From Candidatus Roizmanbacteria bacterium GW2011_GWC1_37_12 (lineage in GTDB: Bacteria; Patescibacteriota; Microgenomatia; UBA1406; GWC2-37-13), in contig LBST01000006.1 of the NCBI GenBank assembly GCA_000991135.1, forward strand, positions 46,663-110,662: 64,000 nt of DNA, written 5' to 3'. Shown in pieces: positions 32,271 to 40,428 of the stretch (within the stretch, counting starts at the first letter, position 1; every line of letters begins with the position of its first letter). A model generated the notes under the pieces. That model was not told where the DNA came from. It worked only from the letters and a program-made list of their open reading frames with translations, and made no database searches. A program made the translations under genes and the position numbers.

Positions 32271-33707
32271 ATGAAAAGAGTCGATTTTCTCATATTGGCT
32301 TTCATCCTAATTATTGCTTTTTTTTTCCGTCTCTATAAAATCAATACTCCGCTCGCCGATCTCCATTCCTGGCGTCAGGCTGATACGGCAGCTGTTGCGA
32401 GAAATTTTGTTACCCAAGGATTTGATCTTTTGCACCCCCGATACGACGATATGAGCAATGTTCAATCGGGTCTTGACAACCCTCAAGGCTACCGGATGGT
32501 TGAATTCCCCTTGTATAACGCCATTTTTGCCTGGCTTTTTAAACTCTTTCCCGCGATTCCACTTACCCAATGGGGTCGCCTAACCTCAATATTTTTTTCT
32601 CTAATAACGATTTCCGTTATCTATTACCTTTTAGCCAAAGAACAAAATAGATCGACTGCCTTTTGGGCTTCGGCTATTTATGCTATTTTTCCTTTTTTCG
32701 TTTTTTTTTCACGAGTAATCCTCCCAGAATCGACAGCTTTGGGTTTTACAATGTTATCGATATTCTTTCTTTATCTATTCTCAAAAAAACAATATAGCAA
32801 TATAACAATTTATCTATTTTATTTACTATCTCTTATTTCTTTTGCTGCAGCTCTTCTCATCAAACCAACCGTGATATTTTGCATGATTCCAATCGCTTAT
32901 CTCTTCTTCCAATCTTACAAATGGAAATTCCTTAAAAAACCTTCTTTCTATCTTTATTTCTTAATCGCTCTAACCCCCCTAATCTTGTGGAGAAACTATA
33001 TCGGCAGATTCCCTGAAGGCATCCCCGTCAACGAATGGCTGCTGACAAGCGTTAATACAGGAGGTAGTTTACAAAAGATTTTCTTTAGGCCGGCTTTTTT
33101 TCGCTGGATATTCTTTGAAAGAATAAACAATCTAATTCTTGGCGGTTACCTGACTGTATTTTTCATTTTAGGTATCATTGCCAAAAGGAAAAATTTTTTT
33201 CTCTACTCTTATCTCCTATCTTCTATCTCCTATCTTCTAGTTTTCCAGGGTGGTAATGTCCAACACGAATATTATCAAACATTAATACTACCATTTTTGG
33301 CAATTTTCTCCGCTCTTGGAATAAATTTTCTTTTTGAAAAAAAATCTAACATCTATCATCTAGCATCTATCATCTTAGTTTTTGTTCTGCTCTTATTCTC
33401 TTGGTATTTTTCTTATTATAAAGTCAAAGACTACTATCAATATAGTCAAGAATTAATTCAGGAGGCAAAGATATTGAATGATTTAACCAGTAAAGAAGAT
33501 AAAATCGTCACCGATAGAATGGGAGACACGACCCTTTTGTATCTTGCCGAAAGGCGTGGCGCGCCGTCAATTTACAAAGAACCAGAAGACCTGAAGAAAC
33601 TTGGGTATAGCTTTTTAGTTACTTCGAGCCAATATCAAATCGAAAAGATGGAAAAAAACTTTGAAATAATTTTTGAAAATGACAAATTCACGCTATTTTC
33701 TTTATGA
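32271..33707 (+). CDS. ArnT/PMT-type (GT39/GT83-like) membrane glycosyltransferase
   Basis: Polytopic membrane protein with N-terminal SWRQADTAAVARNF and RMVEFPLYN loop motifs. Confidence 0.75.
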   Translation: MKRVDFLILAFILIIAFFFRLYKINTPLADLHSWRQADTAAVARNFVTQGFDLLHPRYDDMSNVQSGLDNPQGYRMVEFPLYNAIFAWLFKLFPAIPLTQWGRLTSIFFSLITISVIYYLLAKEQNRSTAFWASAIYAIFPFFVFFSRVILPESTALGFTMLSIFFLYLFSKKQYSNITIYLFYLLSLISFAAALLIKPTVIFCMIPIAYLFFQSYKWKFLKKPSFYLYFLIALTPLILWRNYIGRFPEGIPVNEWLLTSVNTGGSLQKIFFRPAFFRWIFFERINNLILGGYLTVFFILGIIAKRKNFFLYSYLLSSISYLLVFQGGNVQHEYYQTLILPFLAIFSALGINFLFEKKSNIYHLASIILVFVLLLFSWYFSYYKVKDYYQYSQELIQEAKILNDLTSKEDKIVTDRMGDTTLLYLAERRGAPSIYKEPEDLKKLGYSFLVTSSQYQIEKMEKNFEIIFENDKFTLFSL

Positions 33708-34900
33708 AGATTCTCATGTTGACTCCTTATGTTCCTTATCCGCCTTCATCAGGTGGCCAGGTCAGAACCTACAACTTACTAAAATATCTTTCCAAAAATA
33801 ACAAAATCACTCTCGTCTGTCTTTACAAAAGCCCCGAAGAAAAACAATATCTCGATAAGCTAAAACCCTACTGCCGTTCTGTATATTTCTGCCAGCGTTC
33901 TCCTAATCCTTGGAGTTTAGAAAATATTTTCAAGTCAATTTTTACCTTAAAGCCTTTTTTAATTGTCAGAAACTATTCTCAAGAAGCCGAGTCAATTCTA
34001 AAAAATCTTCTTGAAAAAGAAAAATTCGACATCATTCATGCCGAGACTTTTTATATTATGCCTCATCTTCCAAAAACCGATATCCCCATATTTCTTCTTG
34101 AACAAACCATTGAATATCAAGTCTATCAGCATTTCGTCAACTCACTTCCTTTTTTTGTTAAACCTTTTTTTTCCCTTGACATTTTAAAACTCAAAATTTG
34201 GGAAAAAGATTACTGGAAAAAAGCCTATTTGGTCGGAGCCGTCTCCAATACTGACAAACAGATTATTAATAACCTGGAGAAAGGAATAAAACCGGTCATC
34301 ATCCCAAACGGCGCAGGCGAAGATATGATCGTCGATTCCCTTAAACCAAAAAACCTAGACGAGCCAATCGTCCTCTTTCAAGGAAATTTCTACTGGCTGC
34401 AAAATACCGAGGCTGTTAATTATCTAATAAAAAGAATAATTCCTCTGGCCAAAAAAATTCTTCCCAATGTCAAATTTGTCATTGCCGGTCAAAACGCCGC
34501 CAAAAAGATCGGCCAGATCAAAGAAACAAATCTGGAAATCATCGATATCGCTCCCGACCAAAACCAGGAAGTAAGGAAAATCTACCAACAAGCCACGCTT
34601 TTTATTGCGCCGATCTTCGGCCCTGGAGGAACAAGGTTAAAAATCCTCGCCGCCATGGCCGCCGGTATTCCTGTTATATCAACTAAAACTGGAGTCACCG
34701 GCTTAACAGTCAAAAATAACCATAATGTAATCATCGCCAACAATCCTAAAAAATTTATTAAATCCATAGAAATGGTGATTAAAAACAAGAGACTTTACGA
34801 AAAAATAAGAACCAATGCTCATGAATTAATCAAAAAGCAGTACAACTGGGAGATTATTGCCAAAAAACTGGAGGCAATTTATAAGACTCTCGCTCCCTAG
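33704..34900 (+). CDS. Family 4 (GT-B) glycosyltransferase
   Basis: N-terminal PPSSGGQVR and C-terminal GPGGTRLKILAAMAAGIPVI (EX7E region). Confidence 0.85.
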   Translation: MKILMLTPYVPYPPSSGGQVRTYNLLKYLSKNNKITLVCLYKSPEEKQYLDKLKPYCRSVYFCQRSPNPWSLENIFKSIFTLKPFLIVRNYSQEAESILKNLLEKEKFDIIHAETFYIMPHLPKTDIPIFLLEQTIEYQVYQHFVNSLPFFVKPFFSLDILKLKIWEKDYWKKAYLVGAVSNTDKQIINNLEKGIKPVIIPNGAGEDMIVDSLKPKNLDEPIVLFQGNFYWLQNTEAVNYLIKRIIPLAKKILPNVKFVIAGQNAAKKIGQIKETNLEIIDIAPDQNQEVRKIYQQATLFIAPIFGPGGTRLKILAAMAAGIPVISTKTGVTGLTVKNNHNVIIANNPKKFIKSIEMVIKNKRLYEKIRTNAHELIKKQYNWEIIAKKLEAIYKTLAP

Positions 34901-34924
34901 CATCCGTGTTATAATATAAAAAGT

Positions 34925-36016
34925 ATGATCATCGGAATCGACGGCAACGAAGCCAATGTAAGAGAGAGGGTCGGCGTCTCGGTCTACGCATATAATCTCC
35001 TGAAGTTCTTTAGACGGAAAGCCGACCGGCAAACCCAATTCAGAGTATATTTGAGAAACGCTCCTTACGATCTACCGGAGGAGACAGATTATTTCAAATA
35101 CAGAGTCGTCCCAGGAAACCTACTTTGGTCGCAAATTTTTCTCCCCCTTAGGCTCTATCAAGATAGGGATATTGACGTTTTCTTTTCTCCGGCCCACTAT
35201 CTTCCCCGTTTCTGCCCAGCACCGGGAGTCGTAACAATTCATGATCTCTCCTATCTCTATTTTCCCGAAGATTTTTTGAAAAAAGACCTATTTCAGCTCA
35301 AGAATTGGACCGCCTATTCTTTAAAAAAAGCCGTCAAGGTAATCGCAGTTTCAAAAACAACTAAAAAAGATATTGTTAAATCATACGGTCTCCCCCAGGA
35401 AAAAATTAGCGTCGTCTATAACGGTTATGAAAAAAAGCTCGACGAAAAAAGTAAAAAATTTAAGTTCGATCTTGAAGAAAAACCATACATACTTTATGTC
35501 GGCACTATCCAACCAAGAAAAAATATCACCACTCTGATCCAGGCTTTTTTCAAATTTAAACAGCTCTATCCTGAATTTCAATTAATAATCGCGGGAAAAA
35601 AGGGCTGGCTCTACGATGATATCTTTCAAAAAGTCACTGACCTGGGGTTAGAGAGAGACGTATTTTTTACCGATTATATTACTGATAATCAACTTATATT
35701 CCTTTACAAAAACGCTTTTTGCTTGGTACTGCCCTCTTTTTATGAAGGTTTTGGCATTCCCGTACTTGAAGCGATGAATCTTGATTGTCCTGTCATTGCT
35801 TCTTATGCCTCGTCTCTTCCTGAAATCGGCGGCGACGCTTGCCTTTATTTTGACCCGAAAAACAGTTATGACTTAGTGGAAAAACTTAAACTCATGAAAG
35901 AAGACAAACAATTGGTCAAAGATTTAGTTAATAAAGGCAAGAAAAGGATTAAAGAATTCTCTTGGGAAAAATGCGGCGAGGAAACCCTACAAGTTATTAA
36001 AGGTTCTGTCCTTTAA
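34925..36016 (+). CDS. Family 4 (GT-B) glycosyltransferase
   Basis: YVGTIQPRKN and PSFYEGFGIPVLEAMNLDCPVI. The C-terminal KGSVL is encoded by a 28-bp palindrome. Confidence 0.85.
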   Translation: MIIGIDGNEANVRERVGVSVYAYNLLKFFRRKADRQTQFRVYLRNAPYDLPEETDYFKYRVVPGNLLWSQIFLPLRLYQDRDIDVFFSPAHYLPRFCPAPGVVTIHDLSYLYFPEDFLKKDLFQLKNWTAYSLKKAVKVIAVSKTTKKDIVKSYGLPQEKISVVYNGYEKKLDEKSKKFKFDLEEKPYILYVGTIQPRKNITTLIQAFFKFKQLYPEFQLIIAGKKGWLYDDIFQKVTDLGLERDVFFTDYITDNQLIFLYKNAFCLVLPSFYEGFGIPVLEAMNLDCPVIASYASSLPEIGGDACLYFDPKNSYDLVEKLKLMKEDKQLVKDLVNKGKKRIKEFSWEKCGEETLQVIKGSVL

Positions 36017-36028
36017 AGGACAGAACCT
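36001..36028. repeat. Perfect 28-bp palindrome AGGTTCTGTCCTTTAAAGGACAGAACCT spanning the GT4 stop codon
   Basis: Seen directly. The half-site AGGTTCTGTCCTTT recurs at 9248-9261. A second palindrome AAGGACCGTCCTT lies at 36031-43. Confidence 0.85.
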
Positions 36029-36048
36029 AAAAGGACCGTCCTTCGAAT

Positions 36049-36978
36049 ATGCATCCCTTACAATCAAACGAATGGGAAAACGCCAGAAAAGAAGTGGGGA
36101 TAAAAACTCTTCGTTTAGATGATTTTTTATTAACTATTCATAAAATTCCATTCACAAACTTTAAAATAGGTTATCTACCAAGATCAACTATGCCGTCTAA
36201 TAGAGTTTTAAATAAACTTTATGAGTACGGAAAAAAGAACAAAGTTGTTTTTATAAAAATAGAGCCATACGAAGAAAAGTCAAAAGTCAAAAGTCAAAAG
36301 TCAAAATTACAACTTAAAAGTAAAAATTTGATAGAATCAAAACATCCTTTATTTCCTACTTGGACACAGATTTTAGATTTAAACAAAACTGAAGACGAAC
36401 TTCTTAAAAGTTTTCACTCCAAAACCCGTTATAACATTCGTCTGGCAGAAAAAAAAGGCGTAGTTGTAAAAGAAGAATCAAATGAAAAAGGATTCAAAGT
36501 CTTTGCCAAACTCTATTTCGAAACCACCAAAAGACAAAAATACTTCGGCCACGACGAAAAATATCACAAAATCGTTTGGGACAATCTAAAAAACAGCCTT
36601 TCCCATATCTTAATTGCTTATTACAACAATATTACTCTTGCTGCTTATGAACTTTGGTATCTGGACGGAATAATCTATTATGTTTATGGAGGAACATCAG
36701 AGCTCCATCGAAATTTAATGGCTTCAAACTTGCTGATGTGGGAAGCCATTAAACTAGGTAAACGTCTTGGCGCTAAAAAATTCGATATGTGGGGTTCTTT
36801 GCCTCCTGATTACGACCCAAAGCACTCATGGTCCGGCTTCACCCGCTTCAAACAGGGCTACGGAACGAAATTTGTGGAAATGGTGGGAAGTTATGACTTG
36901 GTAATCAATCCTGTTTTATATAGAATCTATAATATTATTTATGCCCTTCGTGAAATTTATTTGATGTTTAAAAGATAG
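36049..36978 (+). CDS. FemAB-family (tRNA-dependent) peptidoglycan aminoacyltransferase-like protein
   Basis: HSKTRYNIRLAEKKG, YGGTSELHRNLMASNLLMWEAIK, FDMWG and GFTRFKQGYG. Confidence 0.8.
   Translation: MHPLQSNEWENARKEVGIKTLRLDDFLLTIHKIPFTNFKIGYLPRSTMPSNRVLNKLYEYGKKNKVVFIKIEPYEEKSKVKSQKSKLQLKSKNLIESKHPLFPTWTQILDLNKTEDELLKSFHSKTRYNIRLAEKKGVVVKEESNEKGFKVFAKLYFETTKRQKYFGHDEKYHKIVWDNLKNSLSHILIAYYNNITLAAYELWYLDGIIYYVYGGTSELHRNLMASNLLMWEAIKLGKRLGAKKFDMWGSLPPDYDPKHSWSGFTRFKQGYGTKFVEMVGSYDLVINPVLYRIYNIIYALREIYLMFKR
36276..36330. repeat. In-frame GTCAAAAG-repeat insertion (KSKVKSQKSKLQLKSKN) in the femAB-like gene
   Basis: AAAGTCAAAAGTCAAAAGTCAAAAGTCAAAATT. Same repeat as 55949-55979. Confidence 0.8.
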
Positions 36979-37506
36979 ATTATTTATATCCTTATCCCAA
37001 TTTTTCGGATTGTCTTGAATATATTTACGGATTTCTGCCAATGATTCTTCATTGCGGATGACGTGGTCGTAGAATGACCGTTGCCATTTAAAGATATTTT
37101 GTCCTAATTGATGGATTAATTTTGATGAATTCATTTTGAAAAACCCAATAATTTTTGACAACAACATATTGCGTCGTTGCAACCAATCATTAAAATACGA
37201 TTTATCCTGTAGGGACAATTCATGAATTGTCCCTACAATTGGTTCATCCTGTTTAATTACAATAATTCCATGAACGTGATTAGGCATAATAATATATTCA
37301 TCAATAAATACATTTTGATAATATTTTGGTATTTCTATCCAATATTTTTCAACAATCTTTCCGTATTCACTCAATATCATTTCTCCATTAATAATCTCTC
37401 CAAACAAACATTCTCTATTTTTCGTACAGATTGTGACAAAATAATAACCAGATGAAGAATAATCGAAATGCTTTAATCTATTTGTTTTTCGGTAACGGTA
37501 AATCAT
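36916..37506 (-). CDS. Y1 (HUH) transposase-like protein, IS200/RayT family, second copy
   Basis: MPNHVHGIIV (HUH) and IRKYIQDNPKNW (Tyr helix). The 3' end overlaps the femAB-like gene by 63 nt. Confidence 0.75.
   Translation of the reverse strand: MIYRYRKTNRLKHFDYSSSGYYFVTICTKNRECLFGEIINGEMILSEYGKIVEKYWIEIPKYYQNVFIDEYIIMPNHVHGIIVIKQDEPIVGTIHELSLQDKSYFNDWLQRRNMLLSKIIGFFKMNSSKLIHQLGQNIFKWQRSFYDHVIRNEESLAEIRKYIQDNPKNWDKDINNLSFKHQINFTKGINNIIDSI
37209..37236. repeat. Perfect 28-bp palindrome GTAGGGACAATTCATGAATTGTCCCTAC (copy 1, inside the Y1 transposase-like gene)
   Basis: Identical copy at 56563-56590. Both are translated as VGTIHELSL. Confidence 0.9.
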
Positions 37507-37511
37507 TGTGT

Positions 37512-37564
37512 AGTGACAGAATATTATTCTGTCACTCGATTGTCTACGGACTATAACCTACAAA
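37512..37564 (-). promoter_or_regulatory. Upstream module of the second Y1 gene: 25-nt hairpin abutting the start codon plus the TTTGTAGGTTATAGTCCGTAGACA motif
   Basis: AGTGACAGAATA-T-TATTCTGTCACT (37512-36), 5 nt from the ATG. The motif at 37541-64 (reverse complement) matches 5828-5851 and 28927-28950. Confidence 0.5.
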
Positions 37565-37642
37565 AACATATTTTTAGGTTGTTATATCAACTCATTTTAT
37601 GTCTTATCTATATTAATTAGAATTCTTGCTTTTTGTTTTCGC

Positions 37643-37671
37643 TTGCAAAGAAGAAGAAGAAGAAGTAAAAT
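37643..37671 (+). promoter_or_regulatory. Putative promoter TTGCAA-17-TAAAAT whose spacer is an (AGA/GAA)n trinucleotide repeat
   Basis: TTGCAA 37643-48; AGAAGAAGAAGAAGAAG 37649-65; TAAAAT 37666-71. An SD GAGGTG and the ATG at 37693 follow. Confidence 0.4.
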
Positions 37672-37692
37672 AATTTTCAGAGGTGATAATGT

Positions 37693-37962
37693 ATGAGCGA
37701 AACTAAAGTATTTAAAGAAGGATGGCGCGCTGATATTTTTGACTTTGCTTTAACTGGGGTCGCTGCAGTATCATTACTCGCTAGCCCAGCTGTTGCACTC
37801 ACTATTTCATCCGCCGAATTATTAATGCTTGCGGTCAGAGCTCATGCTGCAAGAAAGAACCGAGAAACAAATTCTATGCTTGAAATAATAAAAGCATCTT
37901 ATGAACTGGGTCAATCATCAACTAATGCATCAAACGCGACACCAAGACGGAGAAAAAAATAA
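37693..37962 (+). CDS. Hypothetical 89-aa protein with one or two TM helices
   Basis: ORF with a good SD. No family recognised. Confidence 0.4.
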   Translation: MSETKVFKEGWRADIFDFALTGVAAVSLLASPAVALTISSAELLMLAVRAHAARKNRETNSMLEIIKASYELGQSSTNASNATPRRRKK

Positions 37963-37965
37963 ATT

Positions 37966-40311
37966 TTATTTTTCCTTTAGAGCCACCCTCAACACCTGAT
38001 CCATGTGTTCGACGTAGACAAAATCGAGAGCTTTTAAGACATAGCCAGGAATGTCTTCCAGGTCTTTTTTGTTATCTTTTGGCATGATAACGGTCTTGAT
38101 GCCGGCCCGGTGGGCAGCAATCACTTTTTCCTTGACGCCGCCTATTTCCAGAGCCCGACCCCTTAGAGTAATCTCCCCAGTCATGGCGACCGATCTATCC
38201 GTTGGAGTCTTAGTCAGCGCAGAAATCATCGCCGTCGAAATCGCCAGACCAGCTGACGGACCATCCTTTGGTACTGCTCCTTCAGGGACGTGAACGTGAA
38301 TATCTATTTTATTAAAAAAGTCATCTTTGAGTCCAAACTTTTTATAACGGGCACGGATATAGGACAAAGCCGCCTGACACGATTCTTTCATTACCTCGCC
38401 CAAATGCCCGGTTAATGTCAATCCGCCCTTACCCGGCATAATAGCGACTTCAATAAACAAGATGTCTCCTCCAGCCTGGGTCCAGGCCAGCCCGGTCGAA
38501 ATCCCGATCGTATCTTTTTCCTCAATCATTTGCGAAGAATATTTAAAAGGTCCAAGCAACTTCGACAGATCAGAGAGTCCGACTGTTTTTGAGGCGTATT
38601 TTTTCTCAACGATGTTTCTCGTCACCTTTCTCATAATTGTTCCAATCTGTCTTTCCAGTTCACGAACTCCAGCCTCACGAGTATAACGCCTGATTATGGT
38701 TTTCAAAGATGATTCTGTGATATTGATTTCCTTGTCTGTCAAGCTGTGAACTTCCAACTGCTTTTTTATCAAATGACTCTTGGCAATGTTATATTTTTCA
38801 TCCTCGGTATATCCGGGAAAATGAATTATCTCTAATCGGTCAAGAAGGGCATCAGGGATAGTGTCGAGAATGTTTGCAGTAGTAATAAAAAAGACATCTG
38901 ACAGATTAAAATCGACTTCAAGATAGTGGTCGGAAAAAGCGTGGTTTTGTTCGGGGTCGAGCGCTTCCAAAAGAGCCGAGGATGGATCGCCGCGGTAGTC
39001 TCGCCCGATCTTGTCAATTTCGTCGAGCATAAAAACCGGATTTTTCGTCGCTGCCTGCTTAACTCCCTGAATAATCCTTCCGGGCAGGGCGCCGACATAA
39101 GTCCGTCGATGACCTCTAATTTCTGCTTCGTCCCTAATGCCGCCCAAAGACATTTTGACAAATTTTCTGCCTAAAGCGTGGGCGATCGATCGGCCAAGCG
39201 ACGTTTTACCCACACCAGGCGGACCAACAAAACAAAGAATCGTCGGCTGTTTGCTTTTTTCGTTTTTCTTGATTTTCCTTAATTCAAGTACTGCTAAATA
39301 TTCAAGAATTCTTTCTTTAATTTTTTTCAGGCCAAAATGTTCATCGTTAAGAATTTTTTCCGCCTCTTTGATATTGATATTATTAGGAGAGCTGACCGAC
39401 CAGGGTAATTCAATCAACCAATCAAGATAAGTCCTAACATAGGAAGATTCGGGGTTAAATTGAGACATCTGGCGCAATCTCTTTAACTCCTTATTTGCCT
39501 TTTCCTCGACTTCTTTTGGCATTTTTGCCTTTTTGATTTTTTCCTGATAGCCGGTTAAGTCTTTATCTTCTCCTTTTTCTCCCAACTCTTCTTCGATGGT
39601 TTTCATTTTCTCCCTCAAGATGTTTTCCCTCATTCCCTGTTCAAATTTCTTTTGGGTTTTGGAAGTCAGGCTATGTTCTATCTCCAGGATTTTTATCTCG
39701 CGATTGACAAATTCTACTTCTTTTCTTAGCCTTTCTTTAAGTTTAATCTCTTGAAGAAGCGCCTGTCTTTCTTCTGGCTTCAAATCAAGGACAACGGCGA
39801 TTTGATTGGAAAAGCTTTGAAAATCAGTTGTATTGAGAATGTTCATTAGAAAAACAAAGTCGACTGTCTTTCCCAGATTGATCGCCCGCTTTATTTGGGT
39901 TGAGATGTGCTTTACCATCGCTTCGGTCTCTTCGTCAATAGTTTTATCGTCTTTTGCCGCCTGTACTTTTGCTTGAAACCAATTTTTTTCATCGGTAAAA
40001 GCGATTACTTTCACTTTTTCAAGACCTCGGACCAAGGCGTTGATCTCGCCGCGCTCGCCAGCAGCAGTTTTTTCGATGCTGGCTAGAACTCCCACCTGAT
40101 ACAAATCTTCGACTGCCGGATCGTCGATTATTGGATTTTTTTGCATGAGAAGAACTATTTTTTTATCTTTTTTTAAAGCTTCTTGGATGGCGCCAACGCT
40201 CTTTGGTCTTCCAAAAACAAGAACATTCTCTGTCCCTGGAAAAACGATTCCGTCGCGTACTGGCGCGATAGGATAAATAGATTGTTCTGACGCTCCGATT
40301 AAAAATGCCAT
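37966..40311 (-). CDS. lon: ATP-dependent Lon protease (LonA)
   Basis: LON N-domain, Walker A GPPGVGKTS and protease Ser motif PKDGPSAG; 781 aa. Confidence 0.95.
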   Translation of the reverse strand: MAFLIGASEQSIYPIAPVRDGIVFPGTENVLVFGRPKSVGAIQEALKKDKKIVLLMQKNPIIDDPAVEDLYQVGVLASIEKTAAGERGEINALVRGLEKVKVIAFTDEKNWFQAKVQAAKDDKTIDEETEAMVKHISTQIKRAINLGKTVDFVFLMNILNTTDFQSFSNQIAVVLDLKPEERQALLQEIKLKERLRKEVEFVNREIKILEIEHSLTSKTQKKFEQGMRENILREKMKTIEEELGEKGEDKDLTGYQEKIKKAKMPKEVEEKANKELKRLRQMSQFNPESSYVRTYLDWLIELPWSVSSPNNINIKEAEKILNDEHFGLKKIKERILEYLAVLELRKIKKNEKSKQPTILCFVGPPGVGKTSLGRSIAHALGRKFVKMSLGGIRDEAEIRGHRRTYVGALPGRIIQGVKQAATKNPVFMLDEIDKIGRDYRGDPSSALLEALDPEQNHAFSDHYLEVDFNLSDVFFITTANILDTIPDALLDRLEIIHFPGYTEDEKYNIAKSHLIKKQLEVHSLTDKEINITESSLKTIIRRYTREAGVRELERQIGTIMRKVTRNIVEKKYASKTVGLSDLSKLLGPFKYSSQMIEEKDTIGISTGLAWTQAGGDILFIEVAIMPGKGGLTLTGHLGEVMKESCQAALSYIRARYKKFGLKDDFFNKIDIHVHVPEGAVPKDGPSAGLAISTAMISALTKTPTDRSVAMTGEITLRGRALEIGGVKEKVIAAHRAGIKTVIMPKDNKKDLEDIPGYVLKALDFVYVEHMDQVLRVALKEK

Positions 40312-40316
40312 AGTAA

Positions 40317-40350
40317 TTAGCAGTCTAACAGATTAATTGCTAACTGTCAA
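40317..40350 (-). promoter_or_regulatory. lon promoter (TTGACA-17-TAGACT) overlapped by a CIRCE-like inverted repeat
   Basis: Minus-strand TTGACA = 40345-50 and TAGACT = 40322-27. TTAGCAGTC-N9-AATTGCTAA (40317-43) matches 15 of 18 positions of TTAGCACTC-N9-GAGTGCTAA. Confidence 0.45.
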
Positions 40351-40428
40351 GACCCATTTTTATAGGCTAAACCTATAGTATTGCTAGATTGCTAGCACTT
40401 CCTAAATACTCTTATTCGTTCAAATAGT

